Below, piece by piece: positions 1-12,876 of a stretch of DNA of 64,000 bases. The translations under genes and the position numbers were made by a program. The number at the start of each line of letters is the position of its first letter. Position 1 is the stretch's first letter. The stretch covers positions 33,852,001 to 33,916,000 of the forward strand of contig NC_043013.1 of the NCBI RefSeq assembly GCF_006345805.1, in the 5' to 3' direction. The notes below the pieces were generated by a model. The model saw nothing but the letters and a program-made list of their open reading frames with translations. It had not been told where the DNA came from and made no database searches. This stretch comes from Octopus sinensis (taxonomy: Eukaryota).

Positions 1-257
1 TGGAATGAAACATCAATAGCAATGTATCTTCGTCACACTTACCATTACTTCCCCTACCCCTACCCCTCACCACTGCCACCGTCATAGTACTAACACTAAA
101 TAACATGGGGGGTGGCTTTACTATCTTTACTTCCACTAAGCGCCTCCCTCACTCACATGCATATAGGTATGTGTACGCATGTATAGACACACGCTCACAC
201 ACACACACCACATATATATATATATATAAGAAGAAGAAAAGAAAATGGAGATAAGAA

Positions 258-565
258 AGTTAACAATTATTTATTATTAACAAATTGGTCATCTTCGCTT
301 CTTAACAACCGTTTCAATTAATACTCAATAATTTAATTACAAATGTGTGTTTAAAATTTGCAATTATGTGGTATGAGCAGAATTTTATTAGAGAAAAGAA
401 AAACATGTACCTTGGGATGTTATATGTGGACCTGTCAGAAATTATGCTCTTGTCACATAAATGCAAATTTAATGTACAAATTTGTAATTAAATTATTGAG
501 TTTTAATTGAAACGGCTGTAAGAAGCGAAGACGAACAATTTGTTAATAATAAATAACTGTTAACT
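258..565. mobile_element. Fold-back / MITE-like element with ~105-bp inverted arms
   Basis: 258-362 (agttaacaattatttattattaacaaattgg...aaatttgca) is the reverse complement of 462-565 with roughly 85-90% identity by eye; ~100-bp spacer. Confidence 0.7.
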
Positions 566-740
566 TCAATATCTCAATTTCCTTTTCTTCATTTAACTGG
601 ATATAAACTATCTGCTTAATATATACCTATTGCTTTAAGGCAATTTCATTCCCCAACAATACTAGGTATTGAACAGGTATTTCCTTGGCTGCAACCATTC
701 CTTCACAAGATTAACATATCCTCCTATTATATATATTTAT

Positions 741-966
741 ATTCTTTTACTTGTTTCAGTCATTTGACTGCGGCCATGCTAGAGCACCGCGCAAAAGTTT
801 TATAGTCGAAGAAATCGACCCCAGGACTTATTTTCTGTAAGTCTAGTACATATTCTATCCGTATTGTTTGCTGAACCACTAGGTTACAGGGACATAAATG
901 CACCACCATCGGTGTCAAGCGCTAGCGAAGGGACAGACACAGACACACACACACACACACGCACAC

Positions 967-1018
<52 letters not shown>

Positions 1019-1176
1019 ACGAGCCACTTTCAGTTTCCGCCTACCAAATCCACTTATGAAGATTTGGTCGGACCGAGGCTATAGTAGAAAACACTTGCAT
1101 AAATGCCATGCAGTGGGACTGAACCCGGAAGCATGTTGTCGGAAAGCTATCTTCTTACCGCACAACCACGCATGCG

Positions 1177-1178
<2 letters not shown>
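741..1178 (-). mobile_element. tRNA-headed SINE family A (head GGCGCAGGAGTGGCTGTGTGG, internal CA/TA microsatellite), full length
   Basis: Matches the other family-A copies in the window from head to GAAACAAGTAAAAG tail; contains the CCTTGGGCAAGTG-type core and an internal microsatellite. Confidence 0.85.
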
Positions 1179-1224
<46 letters not shown>

Positions 1225-1225
1225 G

Positions 1226-1298
<73 letters not shown>

Positions 1299-1469
1299 AA
1301 AGGTTGATAGTGACTTTCAGTCTTTTTATGTAATTGTTTTGTCAAACAGTCTGACGAAAACTATTGAACGCTAACTGCGAAGTCACTGTCTACCTTGCCA
1401 AAATAATGTGATAATTTACTAAACGGTATTGAGTGTCCTTCACACTGTATTTGACTGTTCTAATATATA

Positions 1470-1500
<31 letters not shown>

Positions 1501-1515
1501 ATATATATATGTATA

Positions 1516-1930
1516 GGCGTGGCATGACTTTGTGCTAAGAAGTTTGCTCTCTAATCACATGGTTCCAGGTTCACTCTCACTGCGTTGCTCCTTAAGCATA
1601 TGTCTGGTATTGTAGACTCGGGCTTACAAAAGCCTTGGCAGTGGATTTGGTAGACGGAAACTGAAAGAAACCCATTGTATATATGTGTATGTGTGTGTGT
1701 GAGTATGTTTTTATATGTGTGTGTTTTTTCCCACCACAGCTTGACAATTAGTATTGCTGTCTTTACGTCCTTGGAACATAGTGGTTTGGCAAAAGAGACC
1801 CAGTAGAATAAATATCAGGCTTTTAAAAAGGAAATAAGTACCGGGTTTGATTAGTTCGACTAAAATTTTTCAAGGCGGTGCCCCAGCATGGCCGCAGTCT
1901 AATCACTGAAGCAAGTAACCGATAAAACAT
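1516..1930 (+). mobile_element. SINE family A, diverged full-length copy
   Basis: Same head, GGATTTGGTAGACGGAAACTGAAAGAA body and GGCGGTGCCCCAGCATGGCCGCAGTC tail as the other copies. Confidence 0.8.
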
Positions 1931-3019
1931 ATAAACGTGCATTCGCTTACTTATATATGCATACGTAGTAACAAATATATGTGCGTATCTAGCATCGACT
2001 ATCAAACATCACTTCTTGCCATCGCAGTCGTGATGGCACTAACAATAACAGCACAACACACACACACACATACACACACACGTGCGTACTCATCTCCCTA
2101 CCACACCACCACCACCGCCGCCGCCGCCTTCACATACACTCAAACACATATACAGACACACACATTATTTTCTCACCACGTATAATAAACAGACACACTT
2201 GAAAATGTGAATTTAATTGGAATCAAAAGTCAGTTCCTATTCAGTCAGTGTGAAAACACTGTGCTAAAGATGATTCTGTTCTGTTCTCTTCCCACTCCAA
2301 TCCATCGTTTCACATCTTAAAAGAAGACAAAAAAAAAGGAAAGAAAAGAAAAAAATTAGCCTTAAGTTGGAATTATCATTGAAGCCAACGGAGATGGATT
2401 TTTGATTCACTGCTTCCGTTTTATATTTTTAAGACATTTTTTTTATTTTCATGTTTTGTTACTTGTGTGTGTGAGTTTTAAATTTATTTCAAATAGTTAT
2501 ACGTATTATTGTTTTCCGTATGCTTTTCTTTCACGTTGTTGTTGTTGTTGTTATTATTATTATAATTATTATTATTATTATTATTATTATGTTTCTAATT
2601 TTATCCATTCAACCCATTGAACATCCACAGCGATAAACAAATAACTTAAACTCATGAAATATGTGTGTGGGGGGCACATATATTTCATATATATATACAC
2701 GTATGTATATGTATAGACTCATATACACGTACATATAATGAGAGAAAAGAATATGGCCAACATGGTGTTTTGAAATTGGTGTTACGTATGTTTCAGTTTT
2801 CAGTAAGGTATGATATCACACTATATATATGATATTTCTCGTTTATATGTCTGAAGATGTGTTTCACTATGCATACTGCTCTTATGAGGTGCATCAACGG
2901 ATTGCATTTATAGTGTGATATCCTGTATTACTGACTACAGAAACATATGTAACATGAAATAAGGTATTTCCAAGTTCAAGCCAACGTTATTTTCTTTTAT
3001 AATTGATAACGTCTTTATA

Positions 3020-4400
3020 TTAAGGCTGGGCAAAAAATCCTTTCGGTTTATATCAAAACTAAACTTCAAGTACCTAACTTCAGTCTGCCTCTTGCACATG
3101 CGCACTCGTTAAATACTTGATATTTCAATGTAGTTCGACGTGAACGTGCGCTGAGACAGGTTGTATTATGTACAGTTCATATACCCCTGCATATAGAGAA
3201 CCAAAATTAACATTATCGAAACTTCATGCTTCTTTATTTTTTTAAAAACAGGCAAAGAAGCATCAGAATTCCACTGGAAGACGAGTGCTATGTGTAAATG
3301 GTGAGGGGGCACTTACGGGGCATAAATGCCAAAAGTGGTTTTCAAGATTTCGTTCGGAATAACTTTCAGTTCAAGATGTACCACGCTCTGGGCGAGCAAC
3401 TCATATTTACAGCGACACTAACCCCAATTAGTGGGGGCGCAATGGCCCATTGGTTAGGGCAGCGGACTCGCGGTCATAGAATCGCGGTTTCGATTCCCAG
3501 ACCGGGCGTTGTGAGTGTTTATTGAGCGAAAACACCTAAAGCTCCACGAGGCTCCGGCAGGGGATGGTGGTGATCCCTGCTGTACTCTTTCACCACAACT
3601 TTCTCTCACTCGTACTTCCTGTTTGTTGTACCTGTATTTCAAAGGGCCGGCCTTGTCACTCTCTGGTGTCACGCTGAATATCCCCGAGAACTACGTTAAG
3701 GGTACACGTGTGTGGAGTGCTCAGCACTTACACGTATATTTCACGAGCAGGCTGTTCCGTTGATTGGGTCACCGGAACCTCGTCGTCGTACCGACGGAGT
3801 GCTTCCATTTCCCAACCCTAATTATATGACTAGAATGATCACAGATATTCTCAAAACATTCCAATCTAGTGTTGAAAAATCATCTGCATCAGCGTAGTTT
3901 CGTCAGCAGGCTCGATCTTTGAGTCCCAAGCTGGACAACAGAGTTCCAGCTGAAATTCGTTGCAGAAACATGAAGAAAATTATCCATTTTCTTTCTTGCG
4001 TTTTTTTAATTCTTTTTTTGTTTTGAAAGCAAGACTTCAACTGAAGAGAATTGTCTTTTCAACTTGGTCGGATTAGAAGGGCATTGTCTTTTACAAGCTT
4101 CTTTCCACAGTCAGGACCACCATTTCGGATATGTAGGCTGACCAGCTGGACGAATTAACCACAGTGATCCGACAGAGGAGTTCAGAATTTGCTAATCGTA
4201 GGAGCTATGTCCTTTAAGCGCGACAATGCCAGACTGCATGCTTCTTTGCAGTCGTGGTAGAAGCAACTGAAGCTTAACCAGGAAGTTTTGCTGCAATCCC
4301 CGTATTCGCCCAATCTTGCACCTTCAGAATTTCACCTGTTTCGGTCGCTCCAAAATGTATTGAATCGATAGACCTTCAACACAGCTAAAATTTATTTGGA
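3020..4400 (+). pseudogene. Decayed mariner element (mellifera-like) with disrupted transposase
   Basis: Broken frames give KCQKWFSRFRS..DVPRSGR (HTH), NPNYMTRMITDIL, LKRIV, RDNARLH and SPYSPNLAPSEFHLFRSLQN. ITR-like ttaaggctgggcaaaaaatcc at ~3020. Many stops and frameshifts; interrupted by a SINE; right end lost. Confidence 0.8.
3431..3813 (+). mobile_element. tRNA-headed SINE family C (head GGCGCAATGGCCC..GGTTAGGGCAGCGGACTCGCGG), tail type i, inserted in the mariner
   Basis: A-box/B-box-like head (TGGTTAGG, GTTTCGATTCC); flanked by an 11-bp target-site duplication aaccccaatta (3420-3430) / aaccctaatta (3814-3824). Confidence 0.85.
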
Positions 4401-4620
4401 TGCTTTGGTCGAACGAGATTATGGCAAAGCCACTTGCTCAAGTACCAGGCAGTGGGGTTTAAACTCGAGACCTCATGGTTGTGAAAGGAACTGGTTAAAC
4501 AATCAGCCATACGTACGTCTACACACACGCACACACATTGCACATATACTCACACACACACACACACTCATATATATATATATATATATATATGCATGTA
4601 TGTATGTATGTATATATTCG

Positions 4621-4810
4621 TCATGATAGATCGTTAGCCACTACACACATGTTTTTTCTCTCCTTGTTTCTTTCTGTGTTCCTTTCTGTGGAAGAGCGTA
4701 GGCTCGAAACGTTAAAGACTTTTTCAATTCTCGAGCGTTAAACTTATACATCTGTTTGTTTTCTATACCACTTGTCTTTTTCTTTTGTTTTTGGGGTTTG
4801 TTTGTGAATT
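4621..4810 (+). mobile_element. Penelope-like pseudo-LTR relic with hammerhead-like motif
   Basis: cttt-CTGTGGA-A-GAGC-gtag-GCTC-GAAAC-GTT-aaag at 4682-4717; homologous inverted copy at 45896-46080. Confidence 0.55.
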
Positions 4811-5680
4811 CTCCCCCCCCCCCTATATATATATATATATATCTATATATATATATATCTATATATATATATATATATATATGCACACACGTGTATGCAT
4901 ATTAATTTATCTGTGGGCACAAAATATATGCGTGTTTATGCTTGTGTGTAAGTTAACTGACAAAGCGTAAACATTTCCTATCACGCAAATAGTATTCTAT
5001 CTGTAGACAAGATTCATATCTCTGTATGGTCTAATTCACTAAGCTAAATATAGTTACGCTAAGGAGGTGAATCTAATCCTATTTCTATAACCAATAGTAC
5101 CTCTGTATAATGCGCCAGTGTTTTATACGCTTATCGATCCGGGTTCTGATTATCACGCAGTAATTATACGTTTGACATCGATTTTTATCATAAGCAGAAT
5201 GTCTCAAATTCATGGTGAGCGAATATGTACATCGATCCCAGTATTTCACCGATATTTGTTTTATCAATTTTAGAGAAATGAAGTGTGAAGTCGACCCCAG
5301 TGGAATATGAATTCACAGTGTGAAGAGATGCAACTAAAAACTTAGATACAACTCGCAAAAGAAATACAAGTTAATTGAAGGATACATTATGCTTGCCTGT
5401 ATTCACCGAGGGACTCCCTCGAAACATACAATCAGGATGGGTCTAACTTGCCATTATCTTTTCGGAAATTCTTTTCGGGAATTCTGAGCAACAGAGCAAG
5501 CAACTGGATAAACGCTCCTTCAGCAGTCTGTAGGACTCCACATTTTTCTCTTTAATAGATGCTACTGTAGTATTATAAATACAAATTTTCTCACAAACAC
5601 TATAATTTTAGTGCGTGAAGAAATATCAAGAATGAAATACAGACGAAGTTGGTGTATCTTGCTCAGAATTAGGTTTATTC

Positions 5681-6262
5681 GTTTCTGCTCTAGGCACAAG
5701 GCCCTAAATTTTTGTGGAGAGGAGGCCAGTCAATTATATCGACCCCAGTACGCAACTGATAGTTAATTTATCGACCCCGAATGAATGAAAGGCAAAGTCG
5801 ACCTCGGCGGAATTTGAACTCAGAATGTAACGGCAGACGAAATACGGCTACGCATTTCACCTGGGGTGCTAACGATCCTTATTTCTTTACTGCCCACAAG
5901 GGGTTAAACATAGAGAGGGCAAACAAGGACAGAGTGTAAGGGATTAAGTCGATTACATCGACCCCAGTGCGTAACTGGTACTTAATTTATCGACCCCGAA
6001 CGGATGAAAGGCAAAGTCGACCGCAGCGGAATTTGAACTCAGAACGTAAAGACAGACGAAATACCGCTAAGTATTTCGCCCGGGGTGCTAAAGTTTTTGC
6101 CAGCTCATCGCCTTAACACCATCCAATATTCTTTTCTACTCTAGGCACAAGGCCCGAAAATTTTGGGGAAGGGGCCAGTCGATTAGATCTACCCCAATAC
6201 GCACTGGTACTTAATTTATCGACCCCGAAAAGATGAAAAACAAAGTCGACATCGGCGGACTC
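5681..6262 (-). mobile_element. SINE family B (head GGCGAGCTGGCAG; body GTTCTGAGTTCAAATTCCGCCGAGGTCGAC), dimer plus adjacent truncated unit
   Basis: Three successive copies of the gtcgacctcggcggaatttgaactcag body with two different tail types. Confidence 0.85.
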
Positions 6263-6403
6263 AGGTTTATTCTTAATTGAATAAAAGAATGAACAAAAGT
6301 ATTCCAGATATGTCTATTACATCTTTAAGATTAAATTATCCCGTGTGTCCTTCCTTATATAAAGATCATGTGGTTGATTTAATGGAGATTTCGCTGTTAC
6401 CTA

Positions 6404-6651
6404 CTCTTTTACTTGTTTTAGTCATTTGACTGTGGCCATGCTGGAGCACCGCCTTTAGTCGACCCCAGGACTTATTCATTGTAAGCCTAGTACCTATTCT
6501 ATCGGTCTTTTTTGCCGAACCGCTAAGTTACGGGGACGTAAACTCACAAGCATCGGTTGCCAAGCGATGTTGGTGGGGTGGGACAAACACAGACACACAA
6601 ACATATACCCACATGCATATATATATATAGATGTGTGTGTATATATATATG

Positions 6652-6700
<49 letters not shown>

Positions 6701-6910
6701 TATATAATATATATAGTAGGATAATTATATATATACATACATATATACGACGGGCTTCTTTCAGTTTCCGTCTTCTAAATCCACTCACAAGGCTTTGGTC
6801 GATCCGAGGCTATAGTAAAAGACATTTGCCCAAGGTGCCAGGCAGTGGGACTGAACCCGGAACCATGTTGTTCGTAAGCAAGCTACGTACCACACATCCA
6901 CTCCTATGCC
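6404..6910 (-). mobile_element. SINE family A, full length with expanded internal TA tract
   Basis: High similarity to the copies at 16279 and 50942. Confidence 0.9.
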
Positions 6911-7624
6911 TAAATTACGTATAAATAATTAAGGATTTTGCGTATTACAAGAGAAAGGAGTTTTGGTATGTGTCATGGCGCATTTTTCCTGTGCTCGCTC
7001 CCCCTGACTTTAGAAACTGGCCACGCATCTGGTCGTATGGTTACGAAATTCCCTTCGCAATCACATGATTCCAGGTTCTATTCCAATGCGCGGCAACCTG
7101 GACTGACTAGGGGTTAGAAAGAATGGATTGTACTTGCTGCTGGATCATCCGATCTAAACCGTCAGCCGGTTTAACATCGCAACAGTTGACACTTTGATGC
7201 TTTTAGTAGAACCCATTCTGTTGCAAGCAATCAGATCAAGTTTCTGGTTTCGTTATCTACTCCTTCCACTAGTCTCAGAATCTTTACAAAGGTGCTATGA
7301 GTATCTCAGTTCACCTTGTTCCTCTAATAATGCGTGAATTGGAAACTGTATGTAAAAATATAGACAAATTGTTGAAGAATAGAATAGACTGTTGTGTAGG
7401 GTTTCTGCAAAAAATAAAAAAAAAGCTTGCCTCTTAGGGATAAGAAAAATTATCAACAGGGTTTAAGCACTTGAAAGACTATTGAAAGATTGTGGATACC
7501 TAAGGTTACAGGTAGTAATGTACTATCCTCATAAAATCTATCAGAAATAAGAATGAACCTGAGTCAAATCATCGGTAATAATGATTTCAAATTTTACCAC
7601 AAGGCGTGCAATTCTAGGAAAGAA

Positions 7625-8118
7625 TTGATTACGTTGACCCCTGTGCCAACCACCACTTATTCTATCGACCCCAAAAGAATGATAGGTAAAATCGACCTCA
7701 GCGGAATTTGAATTCAGAACGTGAACTTTTCTGCTCGAGGCACAAGGCCCGAAATTTGGGGGGAGGGGGCCAGTCGATTAGATCGACCCTAATACGCAAC
7801 TGATGCTTAATTTATCAATCCCGAAAGGATGAAAAGCAAAATTGACCTCAGTGGAATTTGAACTCAGAATGTAAAGACAGACGAAATACCTATTTCTTTA
7901 CTACCCACAAGGGGCTAAACACAGAGGGGACAAACAAGGACAGACAAACGGATTAAATCGATAATATCGACCCCAGTACGTAACTGGTACTTATCTAATC
8001 GATCCCGAAGTGATGAAAGGCAAGGTCTACCTCGGCGGAATTTGAACTCAGAACGTAGCGGCAGACGAAATACCGCTAAGCATTTCACCCAGCTTACTAA
8101 AGATTATGTCAGCTCGCC
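7625..8118 (-). mobile_element. SINE family B dimer (7727-8118) preceded by an older fragment
   Basis: Two body units joined at 7890/7891 (gaaatacc|tatttctttac); ends in the head complement cagctcgcc. Confidence 0.85.
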
Positions 8119-8406
8119 AACTTAATAATAATAATATACTGGATTTAATATGAGAATTTTAAAGGATATAATTAGAAATTGCAAATACATTTATCCGTCA
8201 TATTTCTAATGTTTCTCCTACTTCAACATCTTTGCAGGAAAAAATAATTATTGATTGTTTGATTTAAATGAAATGATATTAAACAAAATACCATTGGTTT
8301 ATGTTAATATGGTTTCTTTTGAGAGGCAAAGGATAACTTTTTTATAAACAGAACAGTATAATCAACTGTCAATCAGTTTTTATCTAGCTATCCATCTATA
8401 TGTGTG

Positions 8407-8465
<59 letters not shown>

Positions 8466-8469
8466 ATAC

Positions 8470-8508
<39 letters not shown>

Positions 8509-9496
8509 CAGAGACAAACACACCCACACAGACATACATATATTAATGTATTTTTTTCATGTCAAATTATAAATAAACTCTACTGCTTAATTGAAAGTAT
8601 GTAATAATGAGGATTTTCAAAGTGAAAAAAACATGAAGTGGTAGATTTTTAATCACGAATAATGAAACACATTTCCTCTTAACCCCTCACTTTTTTGTTT
8701 TTTCTTTTATTCCAATCAAATATCGATATTTGTTGTATCTTTCTTTTCTGTCTACTGAAAGTTTTTTTATTATTATTATCGTCTGCGAAACTAATTTCCG
8801 TTTTGTCTTCACGATTTCATTGTTCAAGCGTATTTGGTTATGTCCTAACTTTATCTTCTTTTAAATCAAGGTTTTCTTTTTCTTTGTATTTGTGTATTTT
8901 TATATGAATCTCTTTGTTTCGAAGTGTAAACTTTCTAGTTTCATCATCAAGGTTTCTCACCATCACGGTCTCATCTTCTCGTAAAACGATGTTAGCGTGC
9001 GTTGCTATTTCTTAGGTATGGCCAACACGATTGAAGTAGACATTAACATCCGAATTTGAGATTTTACCTTTAGATTTTCAAGTCATCAGTGTGTATATTT
9101 TAGCATTGTAATGTGCGACAAATGTTTTCGTTATTGCTTTCATATTTAATAATCTTTTTGGAGAATTTCTCTATACAATACAAATGTTATTTACTCATGC
9201 TTTCCTAACTGATAGTGTGTTGTACTGTATGGAATACAGCATTGAAGTTGCTTCTTGTTAGAGCACGTTCAGATTTACTTCTGCCTTTATAGTACGTAAA
9301 GAAAATGGTGTTGTAGGAATGTACGCAGCATGTGTACTACAGCAGTATTATGCGTAGCTTAAATATTGAGATTGAAAAGGAGAGGCGAATTATGGCTACC
9401 TAATCTACAAAAAATAAAATATCTTGTATTTTATGCATAGTAATCAGACTAACCTTCATACTTTTATTGAATTAGGTGCACATTTTGCCATAAAAG

Positions 9497-9543
9497 GAAA
9501 ATGGTGGCGGGACAAACATAGACACACAAATACATACATTATA

Positions 9544-9623
<80 letters not shown>

Positions 9624-9689
9624 CATACACACACACATGCATGCATGCATACATACATACATACATACATACATACATACATACATACA

Positions 9690-9766
<77 letters not shown>

Positions 9767-10903
9767 GAGTAGCGTTCAATAAGTAATGCCTCTGACCCAC
9801 TTGCAGTTGTTTGATTTAGCTGACATTTTGCATGTGCACTTATTTATACCTCTATAGATTAAGTGGCGAATTACAGCTCTGAACTAATTGTGGTTTCTGA
9901 TTTACAGGTGTTTGAACTGAGTCAAGTGTGAAATGGAGCCTGTTGAGCCTGTTGAGCATTGTGAATTCAAACATAGTCGGAACTCTGTGGAAACAGCTCC
10001 TAGATCTGGTCGCCCCCTTCTGCCGTTGATGAGACGTCTGTCCGTCAAGTTGAGGCTGCCATTTTGGAAGGTCAACGCATAACTATTCGCCAAATAGCCC
10101 ATAAGGTCAAGATTAGTACCGGGTCTGTGGAAACTATCATTCATGACCATTTGCATATGCAAAAGGTGTCTGCCAGATGGATTTCCAGGTTGCTCACACC
10201 TTTCCAGAAGCAAGAACGCGTTGAGTGCTCGGGGATGAATTTAGAGATGTGCCAAGAAGATGAGTCAAACTTTTTCAAAAGACTGATCACACAGGATAAA
10301 ACCTGGGTCTATCACTATGATCCATAGACCAAAGCCCAGTCAATGCAGTGAAACAACCGTGACTCACCTCCTCCAAAGAAGGCAAGGGTGCAGCCCTCCG
10401 CTGACAAGGTTATGCTCACAGTCTTCTGGGACCAGGACGGAGTAGTGATGACAGATTTCCTGGCAAAGGGTACCACAATTACAGGAGCCTATTATGCTTC
10501 ACTTTTGAGGAAATTAAGAGAAGCTATCAAAATCAAGAGGCGGGGCAAGATCAGCAAAGGCATCCTCCTCCTGTAGGACAACGCTCCGGTCCACAACTCG
10601 CGTGTCGCCAGATCAGAAGCACAGGCGTGCAGCTATGAACTACTCCCTTGCACCATCTGAAGTTGATTTTGAAAGGAAAGCGTTTCCCAGATGATGCAGC
10701 CTTGATTTCTGAAGTCACGTCGTGGTTGGAGGACCAAGCTGGAGTCTTCTACAAAAACGGTCTCCAGAGCTGTATCAAACGATGGGAGAAATGCATAACT
10801 CTGGGTAGTTCCTATGTAGGAAAAGACTAATAACTGTGCCAAGTGTCGTTACTCTACTGCTATGGGAAGTGGGTCAGGGGCATTACTTATTGAACGCCCC
10901 TCG

Positions 10904-10943
<40 letters not shown>

Positions 10944-11112
10944 ATATATTCGACTGGCCTCGTTCAGTTTCCACCAAATCCCCTCACAAGGTTTTGGTCG
11001 GCCCGAGGCTATAATAGAAAAACGATTGCCCAAGGTGCCACGCAGTGGGACCGAACCTGAAAACATATGGTTGGAAAGCAAGCTTTTTATCATACTGCCA
11101 CTCCTGCACCTA
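9497..11112 (-). mobile_element. SINE family A split by a mariner insertion in its internal microsatellite
   Basis: The part 3' of the microsatellite (gggacaaacatagacacac, ~9510) lies left of the mariner; the body and head (10950-11112) lie right of it. Confidence 0.7.
9766..10903 (+). mobile_element. Mariner element (irritans-like), both ITRs present, internally deleted transposase pseudogene (~9933-10830)
   Basis: 37-bp ITRs CGAG(TA/GG)GCGTTCAATAAGTAATGCC(T/C)CTGACCCACTT with 3 mismatches and TA on both sides. Motifs APRSGRP, KVSARWISRLLT, ITQDKTW, KVMLTVFWD, LLL*DNAPVH, IKRWEKCI; stops and deletions, YSPDL region missing. Confidence 0.92.
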
Positions 11113-11113
11113 T

Positions 11114-11153
<40 letters not shown>

Positions 11154-11540
11154 CAACAATTGGTTTCAGCCTTGTGGAGACAAAACTTGGATTACGAAAG
11201 ACAAACTTCAAGATCACATTGATGGTATGCACACTAAATTATAAGAGTTCAAAATAACTCATGCCGAAAGCATAAGACAAATTAGAGTATCCATTGTCAC
11301 ATTCCACGCATCTTTACTTCCGCAACGTACAGTAAGCTTTGTTAGACACTGTTATTTTGCCCATCGTCTGGCCACGCTAGATGCTATGCTTGGCGATGTT
11401 TACTTACTAGCAGAGGGCAAAGGCCACTATGTTGCATCATCGTTGTTATTAGTAAAAAAAAAAGCATAACGAGAAATTGAGGGCCTACAAAAGTTCTGTG
11501 ACATGGTATGTAGAAATGCAACTTGGTTGCGGCTGGAGGG

Positions 11541-11645
11541 GAAGAAGAAGAAGAAGAAGAAGAAGAAGAAGAAGAAGAAGAAGAAGAAGAAGAAGAAGAA
11601 GAAGAAGAAGAAGAAGAAGAAGAAGAAGAAGAAGAAGAAGAAGAA
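11541..11645 (+). repeat. (GAA)~35 pure trinucleotide tract followed by short (ATG)n
   Basis: Read directly; source of the spurious poly-K, poly-F and poly-L ORFs. Confidence 0.95.
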
Positions 11646-12453
11646 AATGATGATGATGATGATGATGACGATGTTTTCTCTTTTTAACCTTGCGCAGCGT
11701 AGGAATATAGGACGACGTGGTTTTGCTTGCAAAGAATTTCTGTAACGATAACAACATGTGAATTCGTATATTCAGAAGCAAACTCCTTCACGACGGAATT
11801 CTTTTTTTTGTTTTTGTTTTTTTTTCCTGAAAATTTTAAACGCTGAATCTATTCGTTGTCCATATTCAATTATTGATCTCTCTGTTTGCTGAAAATTCCG
11901 TAAAGTTGCAACCAATTTGGACAACACTATTTTTTTCTTTTCTTTTTTTTTTCACATTTCTGGCAATATATACGTGTACATACGTGTGTGTGTGTGTGTG
12001 AGTGTGTATATACGCGCACATAAGCGTATATGGGCAAGTGTGGGTATTACTGCTTGCATACATATATTTATGCGTGTGTTTACCCCTATTTATTGTTGCG
12101 TACATTACATAGAAGCACACGTCATATACATTTACACATATAAAAGCTGATTTTAAACATCATAAGATTCATACACACACACACACATACACACACATTA
12201 AAACCTACGCATATCTAGACATAGACACTTACACAAATATTGAAGATAATGAAGAAAAAGAAAAAATAATAAAACACTTTAATTAAACTAATTTCTTCCT
12301 AATTATCTATCTCCTTAATCATTTCATTTTCTTTAGTTATTACAATATTGGTTTTATTTATTTAATTATTAGTCAGACTATATATCTTGATTGCTGCTGA
12401 CGACAGCGATGGTGGAGTTGTTATTTTAATTATATATATATACACAGGCACAC

Positions 12454-12512
<59 letters not shown>

Positions 12513-12835
12513 ACATTTGAAACGAACAAATACTTTTAAGAGACAGAAGAAAGATCTTCATCAGCCGAAAGAACCCAAATATATAATTGTCTATTAATGA
12601 AATTATACAGAGTGAAGTACTTTAAATTCCTTAATTAACAGACCTCTCAAAAGACACTGATTTCAATTTCTTGTGTACCAATCTATGATAAATAATAAAT
12701 ACATACAGCACATACATATGCACATACACACTGGCATATATAGACACACACAACCGCATACATGTGCACATAGAGATAGCTGATACCTTTCAATGCATTA
12801 CTACGACTTTTACATAGCTGACTTTTCAAATGAAC

Positions 12836-12876
<41 letters not shown>

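Noticed and set aside
3431-3510. Functional tRNA genes at the SINE heads (also 20440 and 40584)
   Set aside because: They have A/B boxes but no convincing acceptor stem or full cloverleaf, and they continue into SINE bodies.
6528-6924. Recurrent ORFs with CHAVGLNPEPCGW / PEAIVEDTCPR / GTEPGTMW motifs
   Set aside because: These are translations of SINE family A seen at many copies, not a protein family.
8690-9050. Lys/Glu-rich minus-strand reading frame (..LAIPKKIATHANIVLREDETVMVRNLDDE..)
   Set aside because: Interrupted by stops, explained by purine-rich composition, and not similar to anything I recognise.
11170-11224. Plus-strand 55-nt exon-like segment (ttggtttcag|PCGDKTWITKDKLQDHID|gtatgc)
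   Set aside because: The splice signals are good, but I found no partner exon or recognisable motif; compatible with chance.
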